DNA from: Octopus sinensis
Lineage: Eukaryota
Direction: 5' to 3'
DNA: 64,000 bases
Assembly (NCBI RefSeq): GCF_006345805.1
Contig: NC_043007.1
Location: 1,426,001 to 1,490,000 of the forward strand
Shown here: piece after piece, positions 25,281-37,345 of the stretch
How positions within the stretch are numbered: position 1 is the stretch's first letter
Layout of the letters: every line of letters starts with the position of its first letter
The notes under the pieces: generated by a model
Told to the model about the DNA's origin: nothing
What the model saw: the letters and a program-made list of their open reading frames with translations, nothing else
Databases searched by the model: none
Position numbers and translations under genes: made by a program

Positions 25281-25764
25281 TGTTTCTTTTCCTTATCTTT
25301 TTTAAGTAAAGCTGACATGAAAAATGTTTAAAAATATATAAAATCATATGAAGAGCTAAATTGCAACAAACAGATATAAACATAAACCCCTTTTTAGTTT
25401 TTCTGGCTGTTTTTTTCTTTCTCGACGAGAAAATAAAATGCAAATAGAATTTTAAATGAGAACATTTGTTCAGTTGAAAGGAAAACAGCCACAGTTATGA
25501 ATGCCGATGATAAATAAGCATGCCTTTTTTTTTATCCAGATGAAGCAATGTTTTTGTTCATCTTATCAGACTTGGACAGATAAAAACCTGACAATTTGTT
25601 TATATTGAAAATGAACAAGTTTAGAGGAATAAATTACATGTTAGAGTTCTTTAGAATTTTTCTACAGTGCAGCTCAACATACAAATTATTTTCAAGTTTG
25701 AGACTTGAATAATGGTAGCGCCTGAAAATTTAATATTTTCCTGTTGCTGAAATAAATTTGTACA

Positions 25765-26160
25765 CATCATCAACCGGCTTCCGTGCCAGTGGCACATAAA
25801 AGGTCACCATTCAAATATGATCGTTACCAGCATTGCCTTACTGGCATTTGTGCATGTGCTAGTAGGGTGCCAATCTGAGCGTGATCATTGCCAGAGCAGC
25901 CAACTGGCTTCCGTACCCGTGGTACGTGTAAAAAGATTTGAGCGAAGTCATTGCCAGTACCGCCTGACTGGCTCCGTGCTGGTGGCATGTAAAAAGCACC
26001 CACTACACTCTCGGAGTGGTTGGCGTTAGGAAGGGCATCTAGCTGTAGGAACACTGCCAGATCAAGATTGAAGCCTGGTGCAGCCATCTGGTTCGCCAGA
26101 CCTCAGTCATTCGTCCAACCCATGCTTGCATGGAAAGCGGACGTTAAACGATGATGATAT
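25765..26160 (+). mobile_element. RTE 3'UTR copy (family C)
   Basis: Family C consensus. Confidence 0.85.
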
Positions 26161-26384
26161 CATCTGTAGTTGTCATGTGAGGATTGCTTCCAACACCGAT
26201 GGAAAACTGCTACCATTTTATCCAGCACTACTTGCTCATGATCAAATGGTCAGTGGCTAAACTGTTCTACCCTACTTCTAATGAATTTACTCAGTGATGA
26301 GAGCACATGGGTACCCAACAGGCTCAAGAACAAAGCCTATCAAAGTTAGGTGAGATCTTTGATAGCCAATGGCATCTATATTCA

Positions 26385-26715
26385 TCATCATCATCGTTTA
26401 ATGTCCCTTTTCCATGCTAGCATGGGTTAGACGGTTCGACCGGGGTCTGAGAAGCCAGGAGGCTGCACCAGGCTCCAGTCTGATTTGGCAGTGTTTCTGC
26501 AGCTGGATGCCCTTCCTAATGCCAACCACTCCGTGAGTGTAGTGTGTGCTTTTTATTTGCCACTGGCACAGGTGCCAGGGGAGGCTGGCAATGGCCACGA
26601 TTGGTTGGTGCTTTTTATGTGCCATGGGCAAGGAAGCCAGTCAAGGTGGCGTGCTGGCATTGGCCACATTCGATGGTGCTTTTTACGTGCCACCGGCACA
26701 GGTATCACAACATCA
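26385..26715 (-). mobile_element. RTE 3'UTR copy (family C), tail-to-tail with the previous copy
   Basis: Very similar to 9063-9420. Confidence 0.85.
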
Positions 26716-27867
26716 AATAGGATTATCCTAACCCAATGAAAGATTTGAATGGAAGTTGCACCAATATTTAATTCTACAAAAGATTGGTTAAATGCATGAA
26801 GCAAGCCAAAGACTGAGACTGGTATAAAACATTGTTAAAAAAAGGTCCTGGGTGCCCCAACAGTAGTAATGTCAAGAGAATGGCTTAACCCTTTCGTTAC
26901 CATATTTCTGATGAGATACATTACCACTTGTCGGCCCAGTGCTACTGCAAAAGACAATTGCCCAAGGTGCCATGCAGTGTGACTGAACTTGGAATCATAC
27001 GCTTGAGAGGCAAACGTCTCAGCCACACAGCCATGCCTTCGCATATCTCCTAATATAATAACAAGCATAGTGTTTTTATATATTTGTATATTTGTCCAGA
27101 ATCAAGCCGGATGTGGAGGAGGAGAAAAAATAGTAATTCAGTGAAGGAGAAGTAGTGAGAGTAATAGCCCTGACTGAGAGGGAGTGAGAGAAAGTAATAG
27201 CAATGAGAGAAGGAAGGGGTGGAAAAAATCAGCGTTTCAACTCTGTTTGAGTATGTGTGTGTGTGTATGTGTGTGTGTGTGCGTGTACAAGGGAAGTATA
27301 CGAATGTTTGTATGTGTGATTATTGTGTATTTCATTTTGTACCTTATTTATATATAAAATACTACAATTTAGCCATCATTATTGAAGACACGTGGCCAGT
27401 TAGTATTATAAAAAGATGTTCAAAGCAATGCTGGATATTGAAAAAAGATTCTGTAATTCTTAACTGTGAAATTGGGATTCAGTAAAGAGTTGGAAGTGTA
27501 AATTTTTTGCCTTTGTATTTAGTATTTTTTTGCAAAAGAATGCGAAAGTGAGTGCTCATTAAAATTCTAAAGTAGGGATGATGAGAATTTTCAAGTGGAA
27601 TAAGCGAGAGAATTGAGAAATATGAAAGAATTTTCAGAATTTATTTATTTGGTGATTTTTGAAGACTATTGAAAAGAATAGTGAAGTATAATAATGGTCC
27701 ACAGAAACAAGAAAGAGAGGAATTAACAAGAATCTCTGTGGAATTGGTTGAAATGTTTTCTGTTAACCCTAATCGTGTTAAGTGAATATTTCTGTTGATG
27801 AACAGATGGTCGCAAATCATGTTTAATTGATGTTGTTGAACAAAAGTTTCATATACCTTCCTTCCTT

Positions 27868-28053
27868 ATAGGTGCAGGAAGAGCTGTGTGGTAAGTAGCT
27901 TGCTTACCAACCACATGGTTCCGGGTTCAGTCCCACTGCGTTGTACCTTGGGCAAGTGTCTTCTACTGTAGCCTTGGGCCAACCAAAGCCTTGTGAATGG
28001 ATTTGGTAGACGGAAACTGAAAGAAGCCTGTCGTATATATGTATGCATGTATG

Positions 28054-28090
<37 letters not shown>

Positions 28091-28284
28091 TTGTGTGTCT
28101 GTGTTTGTCCCCCCAACATTGCTTGACAACTGATACTGGTAGTGTTTACATCCCTGTAACTTAGCGGTTTGGCAAAAGAGACCGATAAAATAAGTACTAG
28201 GCTTACAAAGAATAAGTTCTGGGGTCAATTTGCTTGACTAAAGGCTGCAGTCAAACGACTGAAACAAATAAAAGAATAAAAGAG
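27868..28284 (+). mobile_element. SINE family A, full length
   Basis: Family A consensus. Confidence 0.9.
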
Positions 28285-28658
28285 ATACATACACGAACAT
28301 ACTTTTGTGTGTTCAGTAGATGTGGTGTAAGCTAAAGAACACAAAAAGATTCTTTTAAATATCTGCGTACTGGGGTCGATCTAATCGACTGTCCCCCCTC
28401 CCCCAAAATTTCAGGCCTTGTACCTTGAGCAGAAAAAAGAAAAAAAATATATCTGTTGTACAAAATATACAGATATAATGCTTCTCTCTCTCCCATTCTC
28501 TCTCTCTCTCTCACACACACACACATAGTTACTATGTAATTAAAATGTTAGTTGAAGGCAGAGGTATAGAGAAAGAGAGTTGGAAATACAATGTTTAGCA
28601 GAGGGGTGATGTTCTGGTGGTGAAGTTAAAGAAATGCAGCCAGAGAGAGAGAGAGAGT

Positions 28659-28689
<31 letters not shown>

Positions 28690-29116
28690 GGGGGGAGAGG
28701 AAGGTGGGGAGGGCTGGGCAGATGTATTAAGACTGGGAGGCAGATAAAGAGGGCGTGAGAGTAGTGATGCTATGTCAGCTGAGGCATTACACTGCCATGT
28801 CTTAGTGGAAGTGAAAGTGAGAAATGTTAATGGCATTAAGTGGGGAATTACCTGGTTAAAAGGGGTAGAGAGAAAAAGGGAGAGAGAGAGATAAAGTGTC
28901 CAACAGAGGGGAATCTTCAACATCATGTATTATTGAGACAGACAAGACAATTACATTTTGATATTCAGTTTTTTTTTTATATCTTCTATCAGTCAATCTA
29001 TTCATCTATTTATTTACATTAACAAATACAATAATAATACCTCAGTTTTCAAACAACTCTCATCATGAAGAAATCGTGCTTTATATATATATATTGATCG
29101 CTAGCCATTAAACCTT

Positions 29117-29292
29117 TTTTAGTTTCTCTCTCGGCTTATTTCTGTGTTCCTTTCTGTCGAAGAGCATAGGCTCAAAACGTAAAAGACTTTCTCACTTCCC
29201 GAGCATTAAACTAATACATCTGTTTGTTGTTTACACACATGTCTTCGTCTTTTGTTTTGTTTTTTTTTTGCAAATTCCAACTATATATATAT
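29117..29292 (+). mobile_element. Family E element
   Basis: cctttctgtcgaagagcataggctcaaaacgtaaaagac; ends at (TA)n. Confidence 0.6.
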
Positions 29293-29297
29293 ATCAA

Positions 29298-29490
29298 TGT
29301 GCAGGTGGCACGTAAAAAGCACCCACTACACTCACGGAGTGGTTGGCGTTAGGAAGGGCATCCAGCTGTTGAAACATTGCCAGATAAGACTGGAGTCTGG
29401 TGCAGCCTCCATGGCTTCCCAGATCCCTGGTCGAACCATCCAACCCATGCTAGCATGGAGAACGGACGTTAAACGATGATGATGATGATG
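29298..29490 (+). mobile_element. RTE 3'UTR copy (family C), short
   Basis: Family C consensus. Confidence 0.8.
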
Positions 29491-30054
29491 GTATATATAT
29501 ATATATATATAATAATATTAGGGAATATTATGAGGACCACTCAAAAGGAACGTGTGGGTTAATAATATCCGATCATGCTCAACCAGCTGAATGGCTTTGT
29601 TGTTGTGGGAAAACAAACTAATGGAGAAGAGAGTACCGTTTCCATTTACTAAACTTCACTTTGAAGACATCACTCAACTTGGGACTATGACAGAAGCAGC
29701 TGACATTATGACCAAATGATTTATGGTTTATAATCTCCCAATAATTAGATTATATAAATCTACTTAATTAAATTTACTTAAATATTTTCCTCTTTCTCAG
29801 GAGGAGGCCTTCAGGATTAATCATAAAGCAGTTGGAAGCTATGTTTTCCAGCACGATTCTTAAGGATTCAGAGAATTCTAGGGGTCATTAGCCACTGTGA
29901 TGAAAATGGAATTTTTCTCTGCTGTCAGTTTTCATTATTTATTGAGGGTGGATGTTGGGAATTCATCATAATTAGATTGTATAATTACAGCCAGAGATTC
30001 TGGCAATGAATTGAAGAGTCTAGCATACTAGCACCCGGAAATACTTGTATCTTT

Positions 30055-30250
30055 TAGCTTTTTCCCTTTTACTTGTTTCAGTAATTAGACTGCGGCCATG
30101 CTGGGGCACCACCGTGAAGAAGTTTTAGTGGAATGAATTGATCCTGAACTTTTTTTTTTTTTTGAAGCTTGGTATTTATTCTATAGGTCTCTTTTGCTGA
30201 ACTGCTAAGTTACAGGGATGTAAACACACCAACACCAGTTGTCAAGTGGT
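30055..30250 (-). mobile_element. SINE family A tail
   Basis: ttttacttgtttcagt..gactgcggccatgctgg...cagttgtcaag. Confidence 0.75.
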
Positions 30251-30254
30251 GGAT

Positions 30255-30650
30255 GGACCCTGCCCCACATAAAACCCTTCACTCTCTCTGGAACATAGGT
30301 CCTTGATTACTTTTTTCTCTATTGGTCTCTACTCTGGGCTGCCTTTTCTGCTCCTTTCCAGTTGGAGCCCAGCTTTGTCAGCCCTACCTCAGTATCCAAC
30401 TTGCAGATATTTTAGGAGTTCCTCTCATCTGTCTTCCTTGTGAGTTCCAGGTTAGGGCTTGATGTGTTTCCTTGATGGAAGGCCTTCCTCTTTTAAATCA
30501 TCTTTGACTCTGGGAACAGGCAGTCCTTATTAATCTGGTCTCTGCTTTTTGACCTGTCCAGCATGGAAAGCCCTATCAGGAAAGTGCTCGCTGCTAGTAT
30601 AGCTCTTTGGGCCATTGAGGTACACAACCCACCACATAGCACAATGTGGC
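30255..30650 (-). mobile_element. Bipartite RTE relic: 5' leader fused to ORF2 C-terminus
   Basis: Minus strand has leader gccacattgtgctatgtggtgg...agagctata...cctgatagggctttccatgctggacaggtcaaa, then HQALTWNSQGRQMRGTPK.../WKGAEKAAQSRDQ*R/VIKDLCSRESEG. Confidence 0.65.
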
Positions 30651-30654
30651 TGTT

Positions 30655-30686
<32 letters not shown>

Positions 30687-30689
30687 TTT

Positions 30690-30850
30690 ATGTATATATA
30701 AATATATATAGAAAAAGTTCAAATTTACAGAAAACAAAGGATGAAGACAGGTGTAGGAACAAGTGGGTGTATTAGTTTAACGCTTGGGAAGAATGGAAAA
30801 GTCTTTTACATTTCAAGCCTATGCTCTTCAGCAGAAAGGATTAAGAAGGG
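30690..30850 (-). mobile_element. Family E element
   Basis: Minus strand reads cctttctgctgaagagcataggcttgaaatgtaaaagac. Confidence 0.6.
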
Positions 30851-30910
30851 AAAAAAACAGAGAGAGAAGAAAACTGTGGGGTGTTCAACAGTCCAACATG
30901 ACAAGATGAA

Positions 30911-31046
30911 CATTATTTACATTTGACGGATATTTGTCCTCATCTTGTTTGTTGTTAACACGTTTCGGCTGATATACCCTCCAGCCTTCTTCAGGTGTCT
31001 TGGGGAAATTTCAAACATGAGTTCTCATTCCTACGGTAATTTTTGA

Positions 31047-31110
<64 letters not shown>

Positions 31111-31311
31111 TAGTTTTATTTTTATAGTGTGCTTTCACTTCACTACCGAGCGCAGCTCTGTGTGCCTTGGGTATGTGCTGTGATTTGTTGTGATGCTCTG
31201 ATGGTTATTGTATGGAAAGTGTTCTGCGTAGGATGTGTGCAGTGCCTAGTAGTGCAATTTTCTGTATATTATTATTATTATTATTATATTATTATTATTA
31301 TTATTATTATT

Positions 31312-31358
<47 letters not shown>

Positions 31359-31532
31359 TAGTATTAGTATTATTATTATTATCATCATCATCATCATTAG
31401 TATTATTCAGGTCACTGCTTGGAATTGAAATAGGAATCTTAGGGTTAGTAGCCCACACTCTTAACCACTACGCCATATGCGTCAAATGTAAATAATGCAC
31501 ATAATTCTTCATCTCTTAGATATAGAACTGTA
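30911..31532. mobile_element. Foldback tRNA-head/hammerhead element (family D), copy 1: complete minus arm, plus arm reduced to the last 52 nt
   Basis: Minus-strand head at 31405-31480; hammerhead motif at ~30956-30999 (CUGAAGA core, cleavage site damaged); inverted tail gtcaaatgtaaataatg...agaactgta at 31481-31532. Confidence 0.85.
31107..31270 (-). mobile_element. R4/Dong-like element 3' end nested in the (ATT)n of family D copy 1
   Basis: NIQKIALLGTAHILRRTLSIQ* + short 3'UTR + (TAA)n tail. Confidence 0.8.
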
Positions 31533-31752
31533 TTATGATGAGATGAACCTGAAGCAGCCTGTCATGTATATACATATAAACACAAACATGACGGGCTTCT
31601 TCAGTTTGTGTCTATCAATTTCTCTGACTAGGCATGGGTCACTGGAATGATAGTTCTGAATGCCAATTGAGACTATGTTCCTACAGTGGGACTGAACCAC
31701 TGACCATGTGATTCCGATTTTATTTATTGTTTCCATTTTTTTGATTTTCCAG

Positions 31753-31883
31753 TTAACAAGAATGCAAACCAGGATGCTCAGTCAGTGGGAATGGAAGCTG
31801 TTGAAAGAAGCCAAGTGGTTGTCGTGGGTACCGCGCTACCTACTGCATCTCTACCTGTCGGCGCTCACGTTGGTCCTGTCATG
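31753..31883 (+). CDS. MON2: MON2 internal coding exon (phase 1 in, phase 0 out)
   Basis: Acceptor tttttttgattttccag, donor ATG|gtaaat; 131 nt. (V)NKNANQDAQSVGMEAVERSQVVVVGTALPTASLPVGAHVGPVM matches recalled human [22 protein letters not shown] and continues the frame of 4993-5195. Confidence 0.85.
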
Positions 31884-33532
31884 GTAAATAACATTCATAT
31901 TTAACTTTTATTATATTTTATTAATGTTTTTGCTGCAATTTAGTTAAGGAAGAAAAGCTTTTGTACAACAGTTATATAGTGAGTATATATTCCATCAAAA
32001 TGATTTACGTAATTTTTATTTTTGTAATGAAATGTAATTTCTTTTACCTGTTGATCTTAACTCAAAGGTGGAGAAACCTTTTGGCTGAGATTCCAAGTAA
32101 TTTCATGTAATTTAAAAAAAAAAATAGATTTGGTTTTTAAATGTATTTTACTGATACAGTACTGGAAAATGTTTTCTTCCATGCCTGTCGTTGTTTCTCC
32201 AGTGTTATTTATCCTTTTATTCTGAAGGGAAGATACTGTCTAAGATTCTCTTAGATCAGGAGAATGGGGTATAAATGAATGAAGTTATTGGGGTTAAATT
32301 TTAATTTGGATTGTATATTAGTGATAGAAGAGGAATTAAATTGGAAATGCAAGGATATAAATGTGTTTAAGAGTTAAGTAAATTATTTAATATGAGATCT
32401 TCATGTGTGTGAGAAAGCTGAAAGTGGATTGACTGGTGCATGAAGTGGGTTCCGGTAATATAGAATTCGTAATTATCATGGGTAAACTTATGGCTATGGT
32501 TGAAGGGGCATTGTGGTTCTACTTTGTTGCTGAGTTGGTGGCTGTTTGGCATAAACTTAGAAGACATGTGCTGATTTCTTGCAAGCTTAGATTGGTTGTA
32601 GTCTTTTCCATCTGTCTCTTTCTCTTGGGAAAAATCTTGTTTATTTCCAGGTTTGTGACCTGGGATACTGTTTTCTAAAGGAACGGGCACTGTATTTTAG
32701 AAAGGTAATTTTGCTGGTATATGCAAGTGAGACTTAACTGCCGCATCCCTTGGGCATGGCATGTACTACATAATAATGATTCTTCCCTGTTTGACACAAG
32801 ACTGTACATTTGCAAGTGGTGGGCAAGGATGGGTTATTCGTCATTGAATTGATCCCAGTATATGCTTGGTGTTTATTTTACTGACTCTTGAAGGATGGAA
32901 CGTCAAGCCAAATTTGGTGAGATTTGAACTCTAGACATAGGGAAATGAAACTAAATTTACTTTGGTGTTTAGCCTGGCATTCTTCTCCTTATTACCACAT
33001 CCAATCAATGATAACTGTTTCTGATATAAGCACAGGGCCTGAAATTTAGAAGGCGGGGATTAGCCAATAATCTTGGTCCTCTCAGTACTTAGCTGGTACT
33101 TTGCTTCATCAACACTGGCAGGATAAAAGGAAAAGGAATCATGGGTAATTTGATCTCAGAATATAAAACAGCATTGCTATTAAGTAATAATACCACTGAA
33201 TTAGTAGATTTGTACTAAAATTATGTTGCTCATTGAAGCAAAGACTTATATAATGTAAGGGTCAAAAGAAAAAAAAAATGTTGGTATGGGTGGTTTGATT
33301 GAAAGTAAAGTTTTATGGTCAACATGAAATTTAAAATCTATCTGAAATAGAACCATGATTAGAGGAATTCCTGTATGACCATAGTAACTTTTATTCAGAC
33401 AGAATGTATCTAAGACTACATTATTCACTATATCCTTCTTTGAAGATGATATAGCCTGTGATTTGAGAGAGATTTGGCTGCTATTTCTTGCAGGGAAGTA
33501 GTTACATAAAAGGTCCCTCACTGGCTTGATTT

Positions 33533-34316
33533 AGCCCTTTCAGTACCAACCTGCCTGAAATGGTGGCTGGTTTTATAATACATCATCAACTTCATCGTTT
33601 AACGTCCGCTTTCCATGTTGGATGATTTGACTGAAGGCTGACGAACCAGATGGCTGCACCAGGCTCCAATCTTGATCTGGCAGGGTTCCTACAGCTGGAT
33701 GCCCTTCCTAACGCCAACCACTCCGAGAGTGTAGTGGGTGCTTTTTACATGACACCGGCACGAGGGCCAGTCAGGCGGTACTGGCAACAACCTCGCTCGA
33801 ATCCTTTTACACATGCTACCAGCACAGGTGCCAGTAAGGCGACGTTGGTGACGATGACGCTCGAATGGTGCCCCTTTACTTGCCATGGGTATGGAAGCCA
33901 GTTGGCTGCTCTGGCAACGATCATGCTCGGATGTTGCTCTTGGAACCCTACTAGCATGGGCACAAGTGCCAGTAAGGCAACGCTGGTAACGATCACACTT
34001 GAATGGTGCCCTTTTATGTGTCACTGGCACGGAAGACGGTTAGTTGCTCTGTCAGTGATCACATTCATATGGTGCTCTTTGCACCCCGCTAGCACAGATG
34101 CCAGTCATTCAATTTGATTTTGATTTTGATTTCAATTTGTTTTAAAGGGATCTAGATTACAGCTTCCCTTTACAATTTCATGATAATTTTATATTCCAAA
34201 CACGAGCTTAATAATAAATGACAAAGAGTTATTTTATGGAATTATTCATTATTTCCAAAGTTATTTGGAACAAAGGCAACGTATTTCATTAGAAATATTG
34301 TAACAAAAGGGTTAAT
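33533..34316. mobile_element. piggyBac-type MITE split by a family C insertion
   Basis: Left end ttagccctttcagtacc (33533), right end gtaacaaaagggttaa (34316). A second MITE starts 11 bp later (~34327-34520) in inverted orientation. Confidence 0.65.
33585..34140 (-). mobile_element. RTE 3'UTR copy (family C), long version
   Basis: Family C consensus with multiple subrepeats. Confidence 0.85.
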
Positions 34317-34554
34317 TGTTGGTTCGTTAACCCTTTTGTTATCAGGTTTCTAATGAAATACATTGCTTTTGTTTCACTTAATTCTGAAATTAATAAAGAG
34401 TTTAGTAAAAAAAAACTATGTTATTATTAATCTGGTGTTTACAACATAAATTAACATGAAATTGTGACAGAAAGGTTTTATCTAATTTAAATCTCTTTAT
34501 AACAAGAAGTTTATATCAGAGAACCAGAGAGTTACAATGATTTTGTGCAAGGCT

Positions 34555-34558
34555 GGGC

Positions 34559-34607
<49 letters not shown>

Positions 34608-34935
34608 GTTTAACATCTGCTTTCCATGCTAGCATGGGTTGGACGATTTTGACTGAGGGTTGGTGAACCAGATGGCTGCACCAGGCTCCAATCTTGATCT
34701 GGCAGAGTTTCTACAGTTGTATGCCCTTCCTAACGCCAACCACTTCGAGGGTGTAGTGGGTGTTTTTTACGTGCCACCGGCACGAGGGCCAGTCACGCGG
34801 TACTGGCAATGACCTCGCTCGAATCTTTTTACACATGCCACTGGCACAGGGGCCAGTAAAGTTACGTTGGTAACGATCACGCATGAATGGTGCCCTCTGG
34901 CAATGATCACGCTTGGATGGTGCTCTTGCAAAATA
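34555..34935 (-). mobile_element. RTE 3'UTR copy (family C)
   Basis: Family C consensus after (CAT)n. Confidence 0.85.
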
Positions 34936-35869
34936 TCTAGGAAGGATTCTGTCTTAATAAAAGACATTATGGTCAGGTTTGATTCAGAATTTGCCCATGC
35001 AGTGGATTTTCAAATCTCTCAACTTGAGGTATTCTTGGAAAATAACATCCATTATGTATCACATTATGGCAAACATTAAAATAAACCCCAAAATGAGGGG
35101 ATTTTTTTTTTTCGAGTGGATTTTAATAGTGAAATCATGTTTTTCCTTGTTTAGAGTTACTCTTACGAGCGAGAAAGGATTAAATTAATTTTCTCAGATT
35201 ATTTACTTTTATTAAGTAATTCTGAATGCATTGATAATGGGGCTTCACTTCATTATGGAAGCAATATCATCATGGAACCAAAGACCAAAAAAAACAACAA
35301 CGAAAAACAAAAAACAAAAAATTAAACGAATATCTTTATTCTGTTTTCTCTTAGCTTCCCTATTTCACAAACACTTTCTCTTTTTGTCTTTGACTCTCTC
35401 TCTCTCTCTGCCCCTCTGTTTCTTTCTTCCTGTTTGTCTCTCTTTCTTTCTGTTCCTCTCTTTCTCTCTGTGTGTCTCCTTCTCTTTCTCTCTCTTTAAC
35501 GAAAATAAATATTAATCTATTCATTAATAGGAAAATCTGAATTCTAAGTCTATAGACTGGCAATGAAATTAAATTTCTTCAGAAAATACTGTGTTTCCAA
35601 ATATTGCTGTTTGTCAACTTTAGGAATTTTCATAGAATGTTTAAGAAAACGTTTCTCAATAAAAACCCCAGCATTTTGTACTTAATTATAAATCTTCGTT
35701 TTAATCAACAATGGTTTCCAAATCTCAGATATTACCTTTGTTATATGTTATAAGCAGTTTACCACAAAGATGAAAATACAATTGTCTTTCTATTGACTTC
35801 ATTAGAGAAGCTCAGTGATCAGTTTTATTCTGTTTAATTGGTTTGTTCATTTTAAAGAGCAATAGTAAT

Positions 35870-36243
35870 TTATTTAACTTTTGTTTTTGGATTTGGTTTG
35901 CAAGATTCTTTATATGAGTTCGTGTGTTGAAGCATATTCTGTTGCGTCTGGGGAGAGTAATTTTTTTTTTGTGTGCCTTATAATGTGTAACACACTCGCC
36001 AGTAAAATTTCCACTTTTTTCTTATTTTTATTTTCCTAAAATTTTCGTTGCGTCTTGCATTTTTATTTTACTAAAATTTTCGATGCGTCTTGCAACCTTT
36101 TCAATATTCTTGACTATTGAAAAGGTTGCAAGATGCAACGAAAATTTTAGGAAAATAAAAAGAAATAAATGGAAATTTTACCAGTGAGTGTGTTACATTA
36201 TAAGGCACAAAAAGAAAATGACTCTCCCCAGACACAACAGAAT
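35870..36243. mobile_element. Foldback element (family K): ~130-170-bp inverted arms around an 8-bp spacer
   Basis: attctgttgcgtctggggagag...gcaaccttttcaata [ttcttgac] tattgaaaaggttgc...ctctccccagacacaacagaat. Confidence 0.85.
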
Positions 36244-36924
36244 TTATTTGTCTTTTTATCATTATTTAACCTCATGCTGGGCCTCTATTGAGCAGAATTA
36301 TGATCAATGATGCTCTAGCTGTTGCTATACTGTAGTTTTTTTGAGGCATAATGTACCCTAGACAAGTGCTTCTCAAACTATCTGAAGTGGTATACTGGCA
36401 ATTATTTTTCCAATGTTCCAGGGACTGGTAATATTTCTTAGGAATATTAATTTATATTGGAAACAATATATATAATGAATATAATAAAAGTTGATAATTT
36501 TTTATCTTATATTTATTTTGTGAATAATTAATACAATATTACATAAGCATTTTATAATGTTTCTTTCTTTTCTGGAAACTGGCTGCGTACCGGCAGCTGA
36601 TGGCATGCAGACTGGTGCCAGTCCACAGACCATCACTTTCAGTAGCATTGCCCTAGACTACCTTATCCAGTGTATCTTGTTTAAGACAACAGTGTGTGAT
36701 TTGATGAAGATTTGGTAATTACCATCCGGCTAGAGCTTCCTTAGTTGGTTTATTGTCCTTGGGTTCCATTTCATATCTGAAAAGGTAGAACAAAATTCAA
36801 CGTCCTTTGTGTTTCTGTTGTGCTGGAGAATGGAAATATTTGAGTAATTTTAATTAAGGTAATCGTTGCTTTAACTTAATTGTAAGCTAATACCCTGAAA
36901 GAATGACTTGGCAATACCTGGGGA

Positions 36925-37345
36925 TGATGATGATCATCATTGTTTAACGTCCACTTTCCATACTAGCATGGGTTGGACGACTTGACTGAGGACTGGCGAA
37001 CCAAATGGCTGCACCAGGCTTCAATCTTGATCTGGCAGAGTTTCTACAGCTGGATGCCCTTCTTAACACCAACCACTCCATGAGTGTAGTGGGTGCTTTT
37101 ATGTTCCACTGGCACGGGGGCCAGTCAGGCGGTACTGGCAATGACCTGGCTCAAATCTTTTTACACATGCCACCGGCACAGGTGCCTATAAGGCGACGCT
37201 GGTAACGATCACGCTCGAATGGTGCCTTTTATGTACCACCGGCATGGAAGCCAGTTAGCCGCTCTGGCAACGATCATGCTCGGATGGTGCTCTTGGCACC
37301 CTACTAGCACGGGGCTCAAGTGCCAGTAAGGCGTCGCTGGTAATG
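36925..37345 (-). mobile_element. RTE 3'UTR copy (family C)
   Basis: Family C consensus. Confidence 0.85.

Larger units (their letters stand above)
5196..31752 (+). other. MON2: MON2 intron, 26,557 bp, phase 1, GT-AG
   Basis: Joining G|TT gives a Val codon and keeps the frame between the two exons. Confidence 0.85.

Noticed and set aside
31753-31883. Alternative open frame LTRMQTRMLSQWEWKLL... in the second exon
   Set aside because: Incompatible with the phase-1 junction and not MON2-like.
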